Part shown: one piece after another, positions 1 to 7,806 of the stretch | Numbering within the stretch: position 1 is the stretch's first letter | Layout: every line of letters starts with the position of its first letter | Origin: a virus | Virus record (IMG/VR): IMGVR_UViG_3300045988_107814 | Location: 32,001-96,000 of that record | DNA: 64,000 bases | Strand: one strand, 5' to 3' | Translations under genes and position numbers: made by a program | Notes under the pieces: model-generated | Told to the model about the DNA's origin: nothing | Database searches by the model: none | The model's input: only the letters and a program-made list of their open reading frames with translations

Positions 1-206
1 CTATCCTTTTTCTAGTCTCTAGACCTTCAATATATTATAATAATATAAAGCTTGGCACAGGATTCTTGCGGGCTCATTCCCTGTTAGCAAAAGAATTAAT
101 ATATCATTTCCTATATAAATCTAAGCGATTCTTTCACACCTCGCTGATAAACGAGTTCACGTTGCTTTGCAATTATATATTTCTATATAATGGCACAGTT
201 TTATCT
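1..206 (-). ncRNA. putative group I intron, 5' portion (continues beyond window start), interrupting nrdD
   Basis: The nrdD frame ends ..QNDQH-R-TAA exactly where NrdD proteins continue GGQ, and no other frame continues it. The minus-strand RNA has P-like ACAGGGAA (84..75) and Q-like AAUCCUGU (64..57; CAGG/CCUG pairing) with a C-GCAA-G tetraloop between them. It also has an AU hairpin UAUAUUA/UAAUAUA and an R-like GUCUAGAGACUAGA (24..11). Exon-end GCAU (210..207) can pair with intron GUGC (196..193), giving a U.G pair at the splice site. Confidence 0.5.
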
Positions 207-899
207 ATGCTGATCGTTCTGATTACTTTGAATAGCAATGGCTGCTAGAGTAGCGTAAGAACCAATAGAGTTTGGTTCTCTTAAGTGTCCATGTCCTGTG
301 TTAAATCCGCCCTTAAATAACTTAAGACAATCGATCTGACAGCAGGTAAGAGTCAAAGCATAAAAGTCTAAATCGTGGATATGAATAAACCCATCTGTAT
401 ATGCTTGTACGATATCTTTACTAATCATATTATTTAGATAATAATTCTTAGATACATTAGAACCAATCTGCAACATAGTTCCCATCGGAGAATCACCATC
501 AATATTACCATTGTCACGTTTCAGATCATTTTCATATGATTCTGTATTTAAAAGAGTAGAGATTGTACTGGTAATAGAATCTCTTGTATTTCTGATTTCA
601 TTTCTCTTTTGACGATATAAGATATATTCTTTTGCAGTATCAGCGAATCCATTTTTAATAAGAGTTCGTTCTACAATATCTTGAATATCTTCTATATTGA
701 TTGTAGTAGATTTGATCTTTTGACAAAAAGCAAAACATTCATCATTAATAATATCTACCAACTTATCACAAACTTTAGAGTCAAATGTTTCATCAACATG
801 AGAAGCTAGAACAGCTTTTTCAATAGCATTAAAGATCTTATCCTTATCAAAATCTACAATACTACCATTTCGTTTACGAGTTTTCATTCCATAATCCAT
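207..899 (-). CDS. nrdD: anaerobic ribonucleoside-triphosphate reductase NrdD, exon 1 (ATP-cone plus N-terminal catalytic part)
   Basis: ATP-cone-like N-terminus (KRNGSIVDFDKDKIFNAIEKA). NrdD-type block IHIHDLDFYALTLTCCQIDCLKLFKGGFNTGHGHLREPNSIGSYATLAAIAIQSNQNDQH. GGAGG lies 7 nt upstream of the ATG at 899. The track ORF 201..899 ends at an in-frame TAA inside the putative intron. Confidence 0.8.
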
Positions 900-949
900 A
901 TTAATGGACCTCCTTTTTAATTAGTTTATTTATAAGTTATAGATCTATT

Positions 950-1003
950 CAATAAAAAATAAACGAAAAATAAACGTCAACGTATATATAACGTACGTTG
1001 ACG
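950..1003 (-). terminator. intrinsic terminator after 1035..1886
   Basis: 9-bp stem CGTCAACGT/ACGTTGACG (975..1003), followed on the minus strand by TTTATTTTTCGTTTATTTTTT. Confidence 0.6.
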
Positions 1004-1034
1004 AGTATTCTTAGTTAATTCATAATGGGGTTAT

Positions 1035-1886
1035 TTAATCATAATAGTTTGTATTATTGTCAAACATAAAGTACTTTTTATATAACTCATTAGCCTCATT
1101 AAAAGCGTGATCAATATTTTTCTGGTTTTCATCATCTTGTTCAGTCTGCTTCAAATTATTGAGGCAAGCAAGGATTTCTCCAATACGTGTACCAAGTTCA
1201 AATAATACTTCTTTAGAACAGAGCATACAAAGAATCTTATCAAGTTCTTCATTATGATTACTGTACATTGTCATGGTCATAAAATCACCAACACTAACAT
1301 CATAATATTTCTCAAAGATATCTTTAAGCTCTTTTCTATTAGTAGTCATTGATAACTGAATTTTGACTTCCTCATCATCATCTTTTGAAACAGTACGATT
1401 TTCATAATATTCTTTATATTCCTCAACAAAGTTTTTAATATCTTCTGGTGTAATATTATTAATTATATTGTCTTTATTAGATAATGATTCCTCAACTTCT
1501 TTTTGAATCCGATGACGAGGTATAATATTATTAATTATATTATCTTTATTAGATAATGATTCCTCAACTTCTTTTTGAATCTGATGACGAGAGGAATATA
1601 CAAATTGCTTATACACTTCTTCAAGTAAGTGAAATTGTTTACCAGATACATATACTTCTGTTTTGCAATTTGCAGGATCCCATCTGGCTTCTTTAACTTC
1701 ACAATTGTTCAGAGCATTCAGAGCAGCAATAGAATCGTTGAATGTCATTCTACTGAAATCAACTAATACTATTTTAATATCATATTTTTGATACATATCG
1801 TAATTCAATATTATATAATGATCTATAATATACTTGAATCTATTGCTATCAAAAGCTAATTTACCGAATATATACTTATTATCCAT
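1035..1886 (-). CDS. hypothetical protein with internal 24-aa tandem duplication
   Basis: 283-aa ORF with GGAGG upstream. No recognisable motif. Confidence 0.75.
   Translation of the reverse strand: MDNKYIFGKLAFDSNRFKYIIDHYIILNYDMYQKYDIKIVLVDFSRMTFNDSIAALNALNNCEVKEARWDPANCKTEVYVSGKQFHLLEEVYKQFVYSSRHQIQKEVEESLSNKDNIINNIIPRHRIQKEVEESLSNKDNIINNITPEDIKNFVEEYKEYYENRTVSKDDDEEVKIQLSMTTNRKELKDIFEKYYDVSVGDFMTMTMYSNHNEELDKILCMLCSKEVLFELGTRIGEILACLNNLKQTEQDDENQKNIDHAFNEANELYKKYFMFDNNTNYYD
1451..1591. repeat. in-frame tandem duplication, 2 x 72 nt
   Basis: Copies at 1451..1519 and 1523..1591 differ at only 2 positions. They encode RIQKEVEESLSNKDNIINNI twice. Confidence 0.9.
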
Positions 1887-1887
1887 G

Positions 1888-2598
1888 TTATACTTCCTCC
1901 TCAGTTTCTGATGTTCTATAAATCATATTTCTTATAGTTTTGATTGTTTTATTAATTGCAACTTTATTCTTATCAAAATTTATATAGATATATAAATTTT
2001 TTGATTTAAGTTCTGTATTTGTATAAATTTTGAAGCTATCGATAATTAATTCCTTAAATAAATTACCTGCAAAATCAGAGACAAATTTTTTCTGAATAGA
2101 ATTCAATTCAGGTTCGCCAATCTTTCCATAAATATATTGCTGCAATGGGCATTTCCACGAATGTCCTTCCAGCATAAGAACCGTATAAAATTTGTATCCT
2201 GACAAGATATTATCAGTATTATATTTCTTATAGATATCTCTTAATACATCATCAACAGTTGTAGCACGATATCTAACATTAACATATTCTTCTGTATTAA
2301 ATGATGATCCTATCATCTTATTAGCATGCACAAAGTTAATGAAATTAACCACTGTAAAATTTCGTTTTTCACGGAATTTTTTTGTGGAAAGATAGAATGC
2401 TACATTCTCCTTATTATAAAAATCCACTGCAATATATCTAACTTCACAATCATTAAATATATCAGGAATATTGATATTAAGTGGCATGTCATTTTGATCT
2501 TTAATAGAGATATCATAAAGAGTATATCTATTAAAAGCCATCTTAGACATAACACCAGCTTCAATATAATCGTTAAGTGTTACTAATTTCTTATCCAT
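1888..2598 (-). CDS. hypothetical protein
   Basis: The ORF 1888..2619 is trimmed to the ATG at 2598 (MDKKLVTL), which is preceded by GGAGG. It overlaps the upstream stop as ATGGATAA. Confidence 0.75.
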   Translation of the reverse strand: MDKKLVTLNDYIEAGVMSKMAFNRYTLYDISIKDQNDMPLNINIPDIFNDCEVRYIAVDFYNKENVAFYLSTKKFREKRNFTVVNFINFVHANKMIGSSFNTEEYVNVRYRATTVDDVLRDIYKKYNTDNILSGYKFYTVLMLEGHSWKCPLQQYIYGKIGEPELNSIQKKFVSDFAGNLFKELIIDSFKIYTNTELKSKNLYIYINFDKNKVAINKTIKTIRNMIYRTSETEEEV

Positions 2599-3232
2599 TT
2601 TGCTTAACCTCCATAGCATAGTTCTTAATAAATTCCTGCTTTTTCATATGATTATCATTTCTGAAATCTTCTGTATCAATATAAATAGATATTGATCGTG
2701 GTTCAGTAAATTTATAGAACATAACAGGACAATCTAATAATTTCGAAATGTCTGAAACAAGTTCAACACAATCTCCATTATCATTTGTTAAATCATAAGC
2801 ATATAAACGTAACTTCTCACATTTATTAAGCATACCTTTATTAAGAAATTCAGAATATGGCATCCATAAAGAGTGGTCCATACTTCTTTTTATAATATCC
2901 TTGAGCATATTCATATTCAATTTATTTTCAGCTTTATCTATATAAATAGAAAATTTCTGGATATTATCTTCATATGATATTTTACAAGTGGCTGTGAAAT
3001 TATGAATCGTAATATCTGAAATTATGCTATATAATATACCGTATTCATTGCAATCACACATATTTAAATCATAGTACAAATAATCAAAGAATAACTTAGG
3101 TTCTGTTTCATCATCAGTGTTTATATAGAAATTGATGACTATATGTTCTTCCATAGTTCTTCCAATCATCTTAGCCATATCCATATAATGTTTAACTGTA
3201 TTTGGCATATCTATATACTGTTTATGTGTCAT
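2591..3232 (-). CDS. hypothetical protein
   Basis: 213-aa ORF with GGAGG 8 nt upstream. Confidence 0.75.
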   Translation of the reverse strand: MTHKQYIDMPNTVKHYMDMAKMIGRTMEEHIVINFYINTDDETEPKLFFDYLYYDLNMCDCNEYGILYSIISDITIHNFTATCKISYEDNIQKFSIYIDKAENKLNMNMLKDIIKRSMDHSLWMPYSEFLNKGMLNKCEKLRLYAYDLTNDNGDCVELVSDISKLLDCPVMFYKFTEPRSISIYIDTEDFRNDNHMKKQEFIKNYAMEVKQNG

Positions 3233-3628
3233 TTACTTGTCCTCCTTATTATCACGCTCGTTTAAATACTTTTGAAGATCAGAAATAAGATTTAATATTT
3301 TAGTCTGATTTCTGTCTAAACTTACATAAATCAGAGCTAAATCATTATCCTTATCTGAAGTAATTCCTAAATCTTCAACTATCATATTATTTACACAGTC
3401 TACAATAGTTGATATTAGATATTCATCTCTATAACTGTGATTTTCAAGTTCTAGTTCATTATATAAATAATCAAACATATTAAATATTTTTGAATCTGTT
3501 GTCAAAAATATTTTAGTTTTTATATGCTTAAAAGTATTAAGACTTTTAAGCGTTATAAAATTAATACAGTCATAAACTTGTTTTCCTTTGAATCTACTAT
3601 ACGAGATAGTAATTTTGGTTTTGGTCAT
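3233..3628 (-). CDS. hypothetical protein
   Basis: The ORF 3233..3682 is trimmed to the ATG at 3628 (MTKTKITIS), which is preceded by GGAGGAATTGAAA. The longer version would run through the terminator hairpin. Confidence 0.7.
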   Translation of the reverse strand: MTKTKITISYSRFKGKQVYDCINFITLKSLNTFKHIKTKIFLTTDSKIFNMFDYLYNELELENHSYRDEYLISTIVDCVNNMIVEDLGITSDKDNDLALIYVSLDRNQTKILNLISDLQKYLNERDNKEDK

Positions 3629-3649
3629 TTTCAATTCCTCCGTAAATTT

Positions 3650-3689
3650 AAAATATAAAAAGATACATGTGGAAAATTCCACATGTATC
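3650..3689 (-). terminator. intrinsic terminator after 3735..4520
   Basis: 13-bp stem GATACATGTGGAA/TTCCACATGTATC (3662..3689) plus a T-rich tail on the minus strand. Confidence 0.65.
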
Positions 3690-3734
3690 CTTTATGTGTG
3701 TATATTTGCTTATTAACTTGTTCAGCTATATGTT

Positions 3735-4520
3735 TTATTTGATTGTCGGATACAGCTGATTAACAAAGTCAACATTTGGATTAGGACGATAGAAATCGTC
3801 AAAATCAAGTGTTGTGATATCAGGAGCAATAATAAGAGAAAATCCCTTGCCATATGTTTTATCATTTACAACACCAGCAAACTTAACTTCTCCGATATCT
3901 TTAAGAACAAATTTGTTAGAATTTAGATTTGTCTCATACAACGGAATAAATACTTCCATATTATCAGGAAGATCTTTGATTGCTACTTTCAGATCAAAGA
4001 TTGTCATATACGGGTTTGTTTTCGAGTCTACATTTGGAAACAGATAATGAGTATAGTTATTGATTCTACTAATAGAAGAAATCAATTCATTATCAATTCC
4101 AAAACTAAATACATTTCCGTAGATATCATCGCTGATCACACCGGCAGTATTAGCAATTCTGTGATCATTTGGAAATTCTTCTTCGAAATTTTCATACAAA
4201 GGAATCAATACCTTCATATTATCAGGAAGATCTTTGATTGCTACTTTCAGATCAAAGATTGTCATAGTTTTTGTTCTGTTAGCAGCTGCTTCTTCGTTAT
4301 AATTTTTTCCTTTGAGCCGTACACAAATTTGATTTGTGTTTCCAGTCGATTCGATTCCGAGCACTTCATAGTCCAAGTAATCGTAATAGTTTTTGTGAGT
4401 GCTAAGTTCTTGCAACCAAGCATCTCCAAAGTCAACACGTACACATACATGTTTTGGATCTACCAGTCCAGAGTTAATAAGACCTCTCAGAGTAAATACC
4501 ATTGTTCTTTTTTGGTTCAT
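3735..4520 (-). CDS. hypothetical protein built from two homologous halves
   Basis: 261-aa ORF with GGAGG upstream. MTIFDLKVAIKDLPDNM.V.IPLYE occurs twice, about 86 aa apart. Confidence 0.75.
   Translation of the reverse strand: MNQKRTMVFTLRGLINSGLVDPKHVCVRVDFGDAWLQELSTHKNYYDYLDYEVLGIESTGNTNQICVRLKGKNYNEEAAANRTKTMTIFDLKVAIKDLPDNMKVLIPLYENFEEEFPNDHRIANTAGVISDDIYGNVFSFGIDNELISSISRINNYTHYLFPNVDSKTNPYMTIFDLKVAIKDLPDNMEVFIPLYETNLNSNKFVLKDIGEVKFAGVVNDKTYGKGFSLIIAPDITTLDFDDFYRPNPNVDFVNQLYPTIK
3957..4266. repeat. 52-nt perfect direct repeat (copies 3957..4008 and 4215..4266) inside one gene
   Basis: catattatcaggaagatctttgattgctactttcagatcaaagattgtcata is identical in both copies, while the flanking paralogous sequence has diverged. 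Confidence 0.9.
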
Positions 4521-4589
4521 TTTATTTGTCCTCCACTAAATTTAAATTATTTTTAATAAGATATCTATCTTATTACTTAAATAGTATAT

Positions 4590-4632
4590 AATAAAATAAA
4601 AAGTTACAAGGATACATTAAGTATCCTTGTAA
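4590..4632 (-). terminator. intrinsic terminator after 4636..5415
   Basis: 12-bp stem TTACAAGGATAC/GTATCCTTGTAA plus a T-tract on the minus strand. Confidence 0.65.
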
Positions 4633-4635
4633 TAT

Positions 4636-5415
4636 TTAAACACAATACATTATAGGTTGATTTTCATTTGCAGGATTTACATATCCTTCTTTGAGTTCAT
4701 TAATAAAATCATCTCTTCTATTTGCCCAGTTTTCTATATATCCTAATTTTAAATCTACTCCAGCAAATACAGTTTCAAGTCCATCATAATGTTGCAGATA
4801 AGCAACTAAGAAATTTGCCACATCAGCTGTAGCAAGGTTCTCAAAAAGACCCATCTGGGTAGGCGGGATCGTAGATAGATTAGAAGGATGAGTTACAAAG
4901 ATATCTAATGGAATTTCGCCTAAACCACCAGTGATATCACCATGAGTAGCACTTTGTAATCTTACCATATTTGGAAACTTAAAGTCTACGAATATACTGT
5001 TATTGAATACAGATGTCAAGTCAGCACGAGCTTGTAATAACATAACATCATCCATAGAGTAATTGTTATATGCAGACATATAATCATAATATCCAATACC
5101 AGATTGCTGTACCATACCACCATCATTCTGTCCATATACATCCCAAGCAATATCTCTAACACCAAGGATTTCTGCACCACCAAGCATATCTGTATTAATT
5201 ACATAATATTCTCCTCGTTTGTTATTCTTATCTCTAGTGTCAATTTTTATTCTAACCATATGTGGAATATATCTAGAAAAAGTAAGTAATGTATCAGGAA
5301 TAATAGTCTCATCTACCCATTTATCTTTAGCAATATCTTCAGGTAGCATTAAAGGTTTTGTTCCCAATCTACGTTCAATTTTATTAAGAAGTATATTCAT
5401 CTTATTAAAAGCCAT
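4636..5415 (-). CDS. hypothetical protein (possibly virion-associated)
   Basis: The ORF is trimmed to the ATG at 5415 (MAFNKMN) with AAGGAG upstream; the track start at 5424 is TTG. An AACA-N6-TAAT motif lies 18 nt upstream. Confidence 0.7.
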   Translation of the reverse strand: MAFNKMNILLNKIERRLGTKPLMLPEDIAKDKWVDETIIPDTLLTFSRYIPHMVRIKIDTRDKNNKRGEYYVINTDMLGGAEILGVRDIAWDVYGQNDGGMVQQSGIGYYDYMSAYNNYSMDDVMLLQARADLTSVFNNSIFVDFKFPNMVRLQSATHGDITGGLGEIPLDIFVTHPSNLSTIPPTQMGLFENLATADVANFLVAYLQHYDGLETVFAGVDLKLGYIENWANRRDDFINELKEGYVNPANENQPIMYCV

Positions 5416-5432
5416 AATAAACAACTCCTTTC

Positions 5433-5446
5433 ATTATATTAATGTT
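5433..5446 (-). promoter_or_regulatory. AACA-N6-TAAT candidate phage promoter
   Basis: Minus strand reads AACATTAATATAAT, directly after the terminator and 18 nt before the ATG at 5415. Confidence 0.4.
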
Positions 5447-5449
5447 AAA

Positions 5450-5483
5450 GTCAAAAAATAAAGGCGGATTTTAACCCGCCCTT
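5450..5483 (-). terminator. intrinsic terminator after 5526..6557
   Basis: Minus strand AGGGCGG..CCGCCUU stem followed by TATTTTTTG. Confidence 0.6.
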
Positions 5484-5525
5484 ATTCTCCATATTAGTGC
5501 TCAGATTTCAAATCTTTTTGACAAT

Positions 5526-6557
5526 TTAAATTCCTCTAATATTGTCTAAGAATTTCTTTCTCTTAGCTTCAAATCTCTGTTTTAATTTCTCATCATCAAG
5601 CAGATTATTATCAATTTCTTTGTAGTGATCTTCAAATGCCTGTTGTTGTAATTTCTCATTAGTAAGTGGATTATATAATGGCATGAAGTTGTATTCATAT
5701 GAAAGATTTCTTACCATTACATCTTTTACAGCACTTTTATATACAGATTCGAGATTTTTATAAATTTCTTTCAGAGTATGCTCTCTTTTAGATTTGAGAG
5801 CATCCTTCATGATATAAAAGCAGTTATCAAAAACAGATTTATATGTTTCAATAGAAGGATCTTGATATGTTGATTTAATAAGTTTGGTTACAAATCCACC
5901 AAAACAGAAAGATTCATTATCAATATTATATAAATAATCTGAATTACAACTAAAGCCCTCTGTGAAATAGATATATCTGATTCTGTCAAACTCCTTTCGT
6001 TCAAGGCATCTAGATCCGAAAATAGTTTCAAATACTACCAGACATTTATTATTATTTTTATTATAATTGTCTGTAATATAATCATCGAACAATTTTCTCA
6101 ATACAGTTGAACTAGAGCATACGCCATCATATGAATTTACATATCTAATTTTTATATTTCCGGTACTGTATCTATTAAATTTACAATCATCAATATTAAT
6201 AGATTTAATAAGTCTAATTTTGTAATCATAACTATATAGAACGTTAATATATTCGTCTGAATATAAGAAACTAAGTTTTCTGCCATCTTTAACTGTATCA
6301 TCTCTAAAATCTTCCACACCGTCCTCTCTATAAGGTAAAGTATTATCAATAATTTTACCATTTGTATCGAGGAAGTAGAATGTTTTGTTTCTTTCCATTG
6401 AAAGCTTTTTATAGATGGACTTTAAATCCATATCATCTTTAATTCCATATGCCGACATAACGGCATTCATAATTCCATTAAAGATTCTTCTTGTTCTTTC
6501 GTTTCTCTTTTTCGTGTTCATATCAAACTCCATTCTATGTTTTAATGTCTTTACCAT
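5526..6557 (-). CDS. hypothetical protein
   Basis: 343-aa ORF. The start is uncertain: the ATG at 6521 has the better GGAG spacing. Confidence 0.7.
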   Translation of the reverse strand: MVKTLKHRMEFDMNTKKRNERTRRIFNGIMNAVMSAYGIKDDMDLKSIYKKLSMERNKTFYFLDTNGKIIDNTLPYREDGVEDFRDDTVKDGRKLSFLYSDEYINVLYSYDYKIRLIKSINIDDCKFNRYSTGNIKIRYVNSYDGVCSSSTVLRKLFDDYITDNYNKNNNKCLVVFETIFGSRCLERKEFDRIRYIYFTEGFSCNSDYLYNIDNESFCFGGFVTKLIKSTYQDPSIETYKSVFDNCFYIMKDALKSKREHTLKEIYKNLESVYKSAVKDVMVRNLSYEYNFMPLYNPLTNEKLQQQAFEDHYKEIDNNLLDDEKLKQRFEAKRKKFLDNIRGI

Positions 6558-6589
6558 CTGACATATTGTAGATTTATTTAGTGATATTT

Positions 6590-7186
6590 TCAGGATATTA
6601 CAACTTCCTGTGCAGTGATGTCAATTACATTAGAATCTTTCAATTCAACATGAAGCGTAAGCTCAATAGAATTTTCAGATAATCTTTCTGCTGTAAGCCA
6701 ATAACTTGTATATCCGTTTTTTCCAAAATAACGATCGATTAGATTTTTGATTTTGTTATTTTGATCCAAAAGACTAATTTCATTTGGCTTATATGATCTA
6801 AATTCTTTTGTCATCAGTTTAGTTTTTGCATCAATATCTCCGATGAACGGACGATTTTCAAGAATTGAATTGATCTCTTCTGTTTCTCTTTTAAGTTTTT
6901 CCAAATTCTTTTGATATTGGTAAACTTTAAGAGACTTGATATTATACTTCTCAATACAACCATCAATATTGATATTAACACTATTAGTACAAAACTCAAT
7001 ATGTACTGTCTTATTCACCGTGTTTTCTTTATACACAATGAACATCATTGCTTCGCTTGCAGAGTCAAACATATATGTTATAACCCCGCAGGTCAACATT
7101 ACTTGTTCACTGCCAAAAATATTATTGATCCTTTTCATAGCAGTGATTGCTTCGGTTTCCTTTGTGATTTTAATAACTTCGTTCAT
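6590..7186 (-). CDS. hypothetical protein
   Basis: Trimmed to the ATG at 7186 (MNEVIKI), preceded by GGAGGAAAATCAA. The track start is a TTG inside the SD. Confidence 0.75.
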   Translation of the reverse strand: MNEVIKITKETEAITAMKRINNIFGSEQVMLTCGVITYMFDSASEAMMFIVYKENTVNKTVHIEFCTNSVNINIDGCIEKYNIKSLKVYQYQKNLEKLKRETEEINSILENRPFIGDIDAKTKLMTKEFRSYKPNEISLLDQNNKIKNLIDRYFGKNGYTSYWLTAERLSENSIELTLHVELKDSNVIDITAQEVVIS

Positions 7187-7261
7187 TTGATTTTCCTCCA
7201 AATAATTTTAATATAGTATAGATATCAGATTATCTAATATCTACATACATAATATATAATT

Positions 7262-7304
7262 ATAAAAATAATTATTGACAGGGTAGATTTAACTACCCTG
7301 TCAA
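7262..7304 (-). terminator. intrinsic terminator after 7308..7604
   Basis: 12-bp stem TTGACAGGGTAG/CTACCCTGTCAA (7275..7304) plus a T-rich tail. Confidence 0.65.
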
Positions 7305-7307
7305 ATT

Positions 7308-7604
7308 TTATTGAATTATCTTGATTATTAGTTTATTATCATTATCTGGTATAATGGTTAGTACTTTATATCTACAACCATAAATAACGACATCTTGTTC
7401 TCTTGGTAAAGAATTAATTATATCTTGTCTAGAAACATTTTTAATATCATATTCAACACATGTTCCTTCAGTACATGCACTAATAGAATAAGATGAATCT
7501 TTTAATAGAGAATATAATATCATATTCTGATTGATATAATTAATGACATAATCGACGAGGTTAATACCAGATATATTTTTAGTAAAACTTAGTATATCTT
7601 CCAT
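7308..7604 (-). CDS. hypothetical protein
   Basis: 98-aa ORF. Its ATG overlaps the upstream small ORF stop (TAATG). Confidence 0.7.
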   Translation of the reverse strand: MEDILSFTKNISGINLVDYVINYINQNMILYSLLKDSSYSISACTEGTCVEYDIKNVSRQDIINSLPREQDVVIYGCRYKVLTIIPDNDNKLIIKIIQ

Positions 7605-7759
7605 TATGGTATTAATCCTCCTTCTTCTATTGCTTCTTCTACTGCATCTTCGACTGCATCAGCCTGAGCCTCTTTCTTACCTTCTTCAGATTTCATTTTC
7701 TCAAATGCTATTGTATATAAAATCTGAAACATTGCACACGACATATTATATAATTCCAT
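7604..7759 (-). CDS. small acidic hypothetical protein (51 aa), below the ORF-track cutoff
   Basis: Manual translation gives MELYNMSCAMFQILYTIAFEKMKSEEGKKEAQADAVEDAVEEAIEEGGLIP. AAGGAAG lies upstream, and the stop is coupled (TAATG) to the next gene. It fills an otherwise 200-nt gap. Confidence 0.5.
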   Translation of the reverse strand: MELYNMSCAMFQILYTIAFEKMKSEEGKKEAQADAVEDAVEEAIEEGGLIP

Positions 7760-7806
7760 TAGAGAGATTCTTCCTTTATAATAAGTAGAAACTTGCTCTA
7801 TTCTCC

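Noticed and set aside
7606-7788. A plus-strand poly-Leu ORF filling the 7605..7806 gap.
   Set aside because: It is antisense to a better-supported 51-aa minus-strand ORF (7604..7759) that has an SD and TAATG coupling to the next gene.
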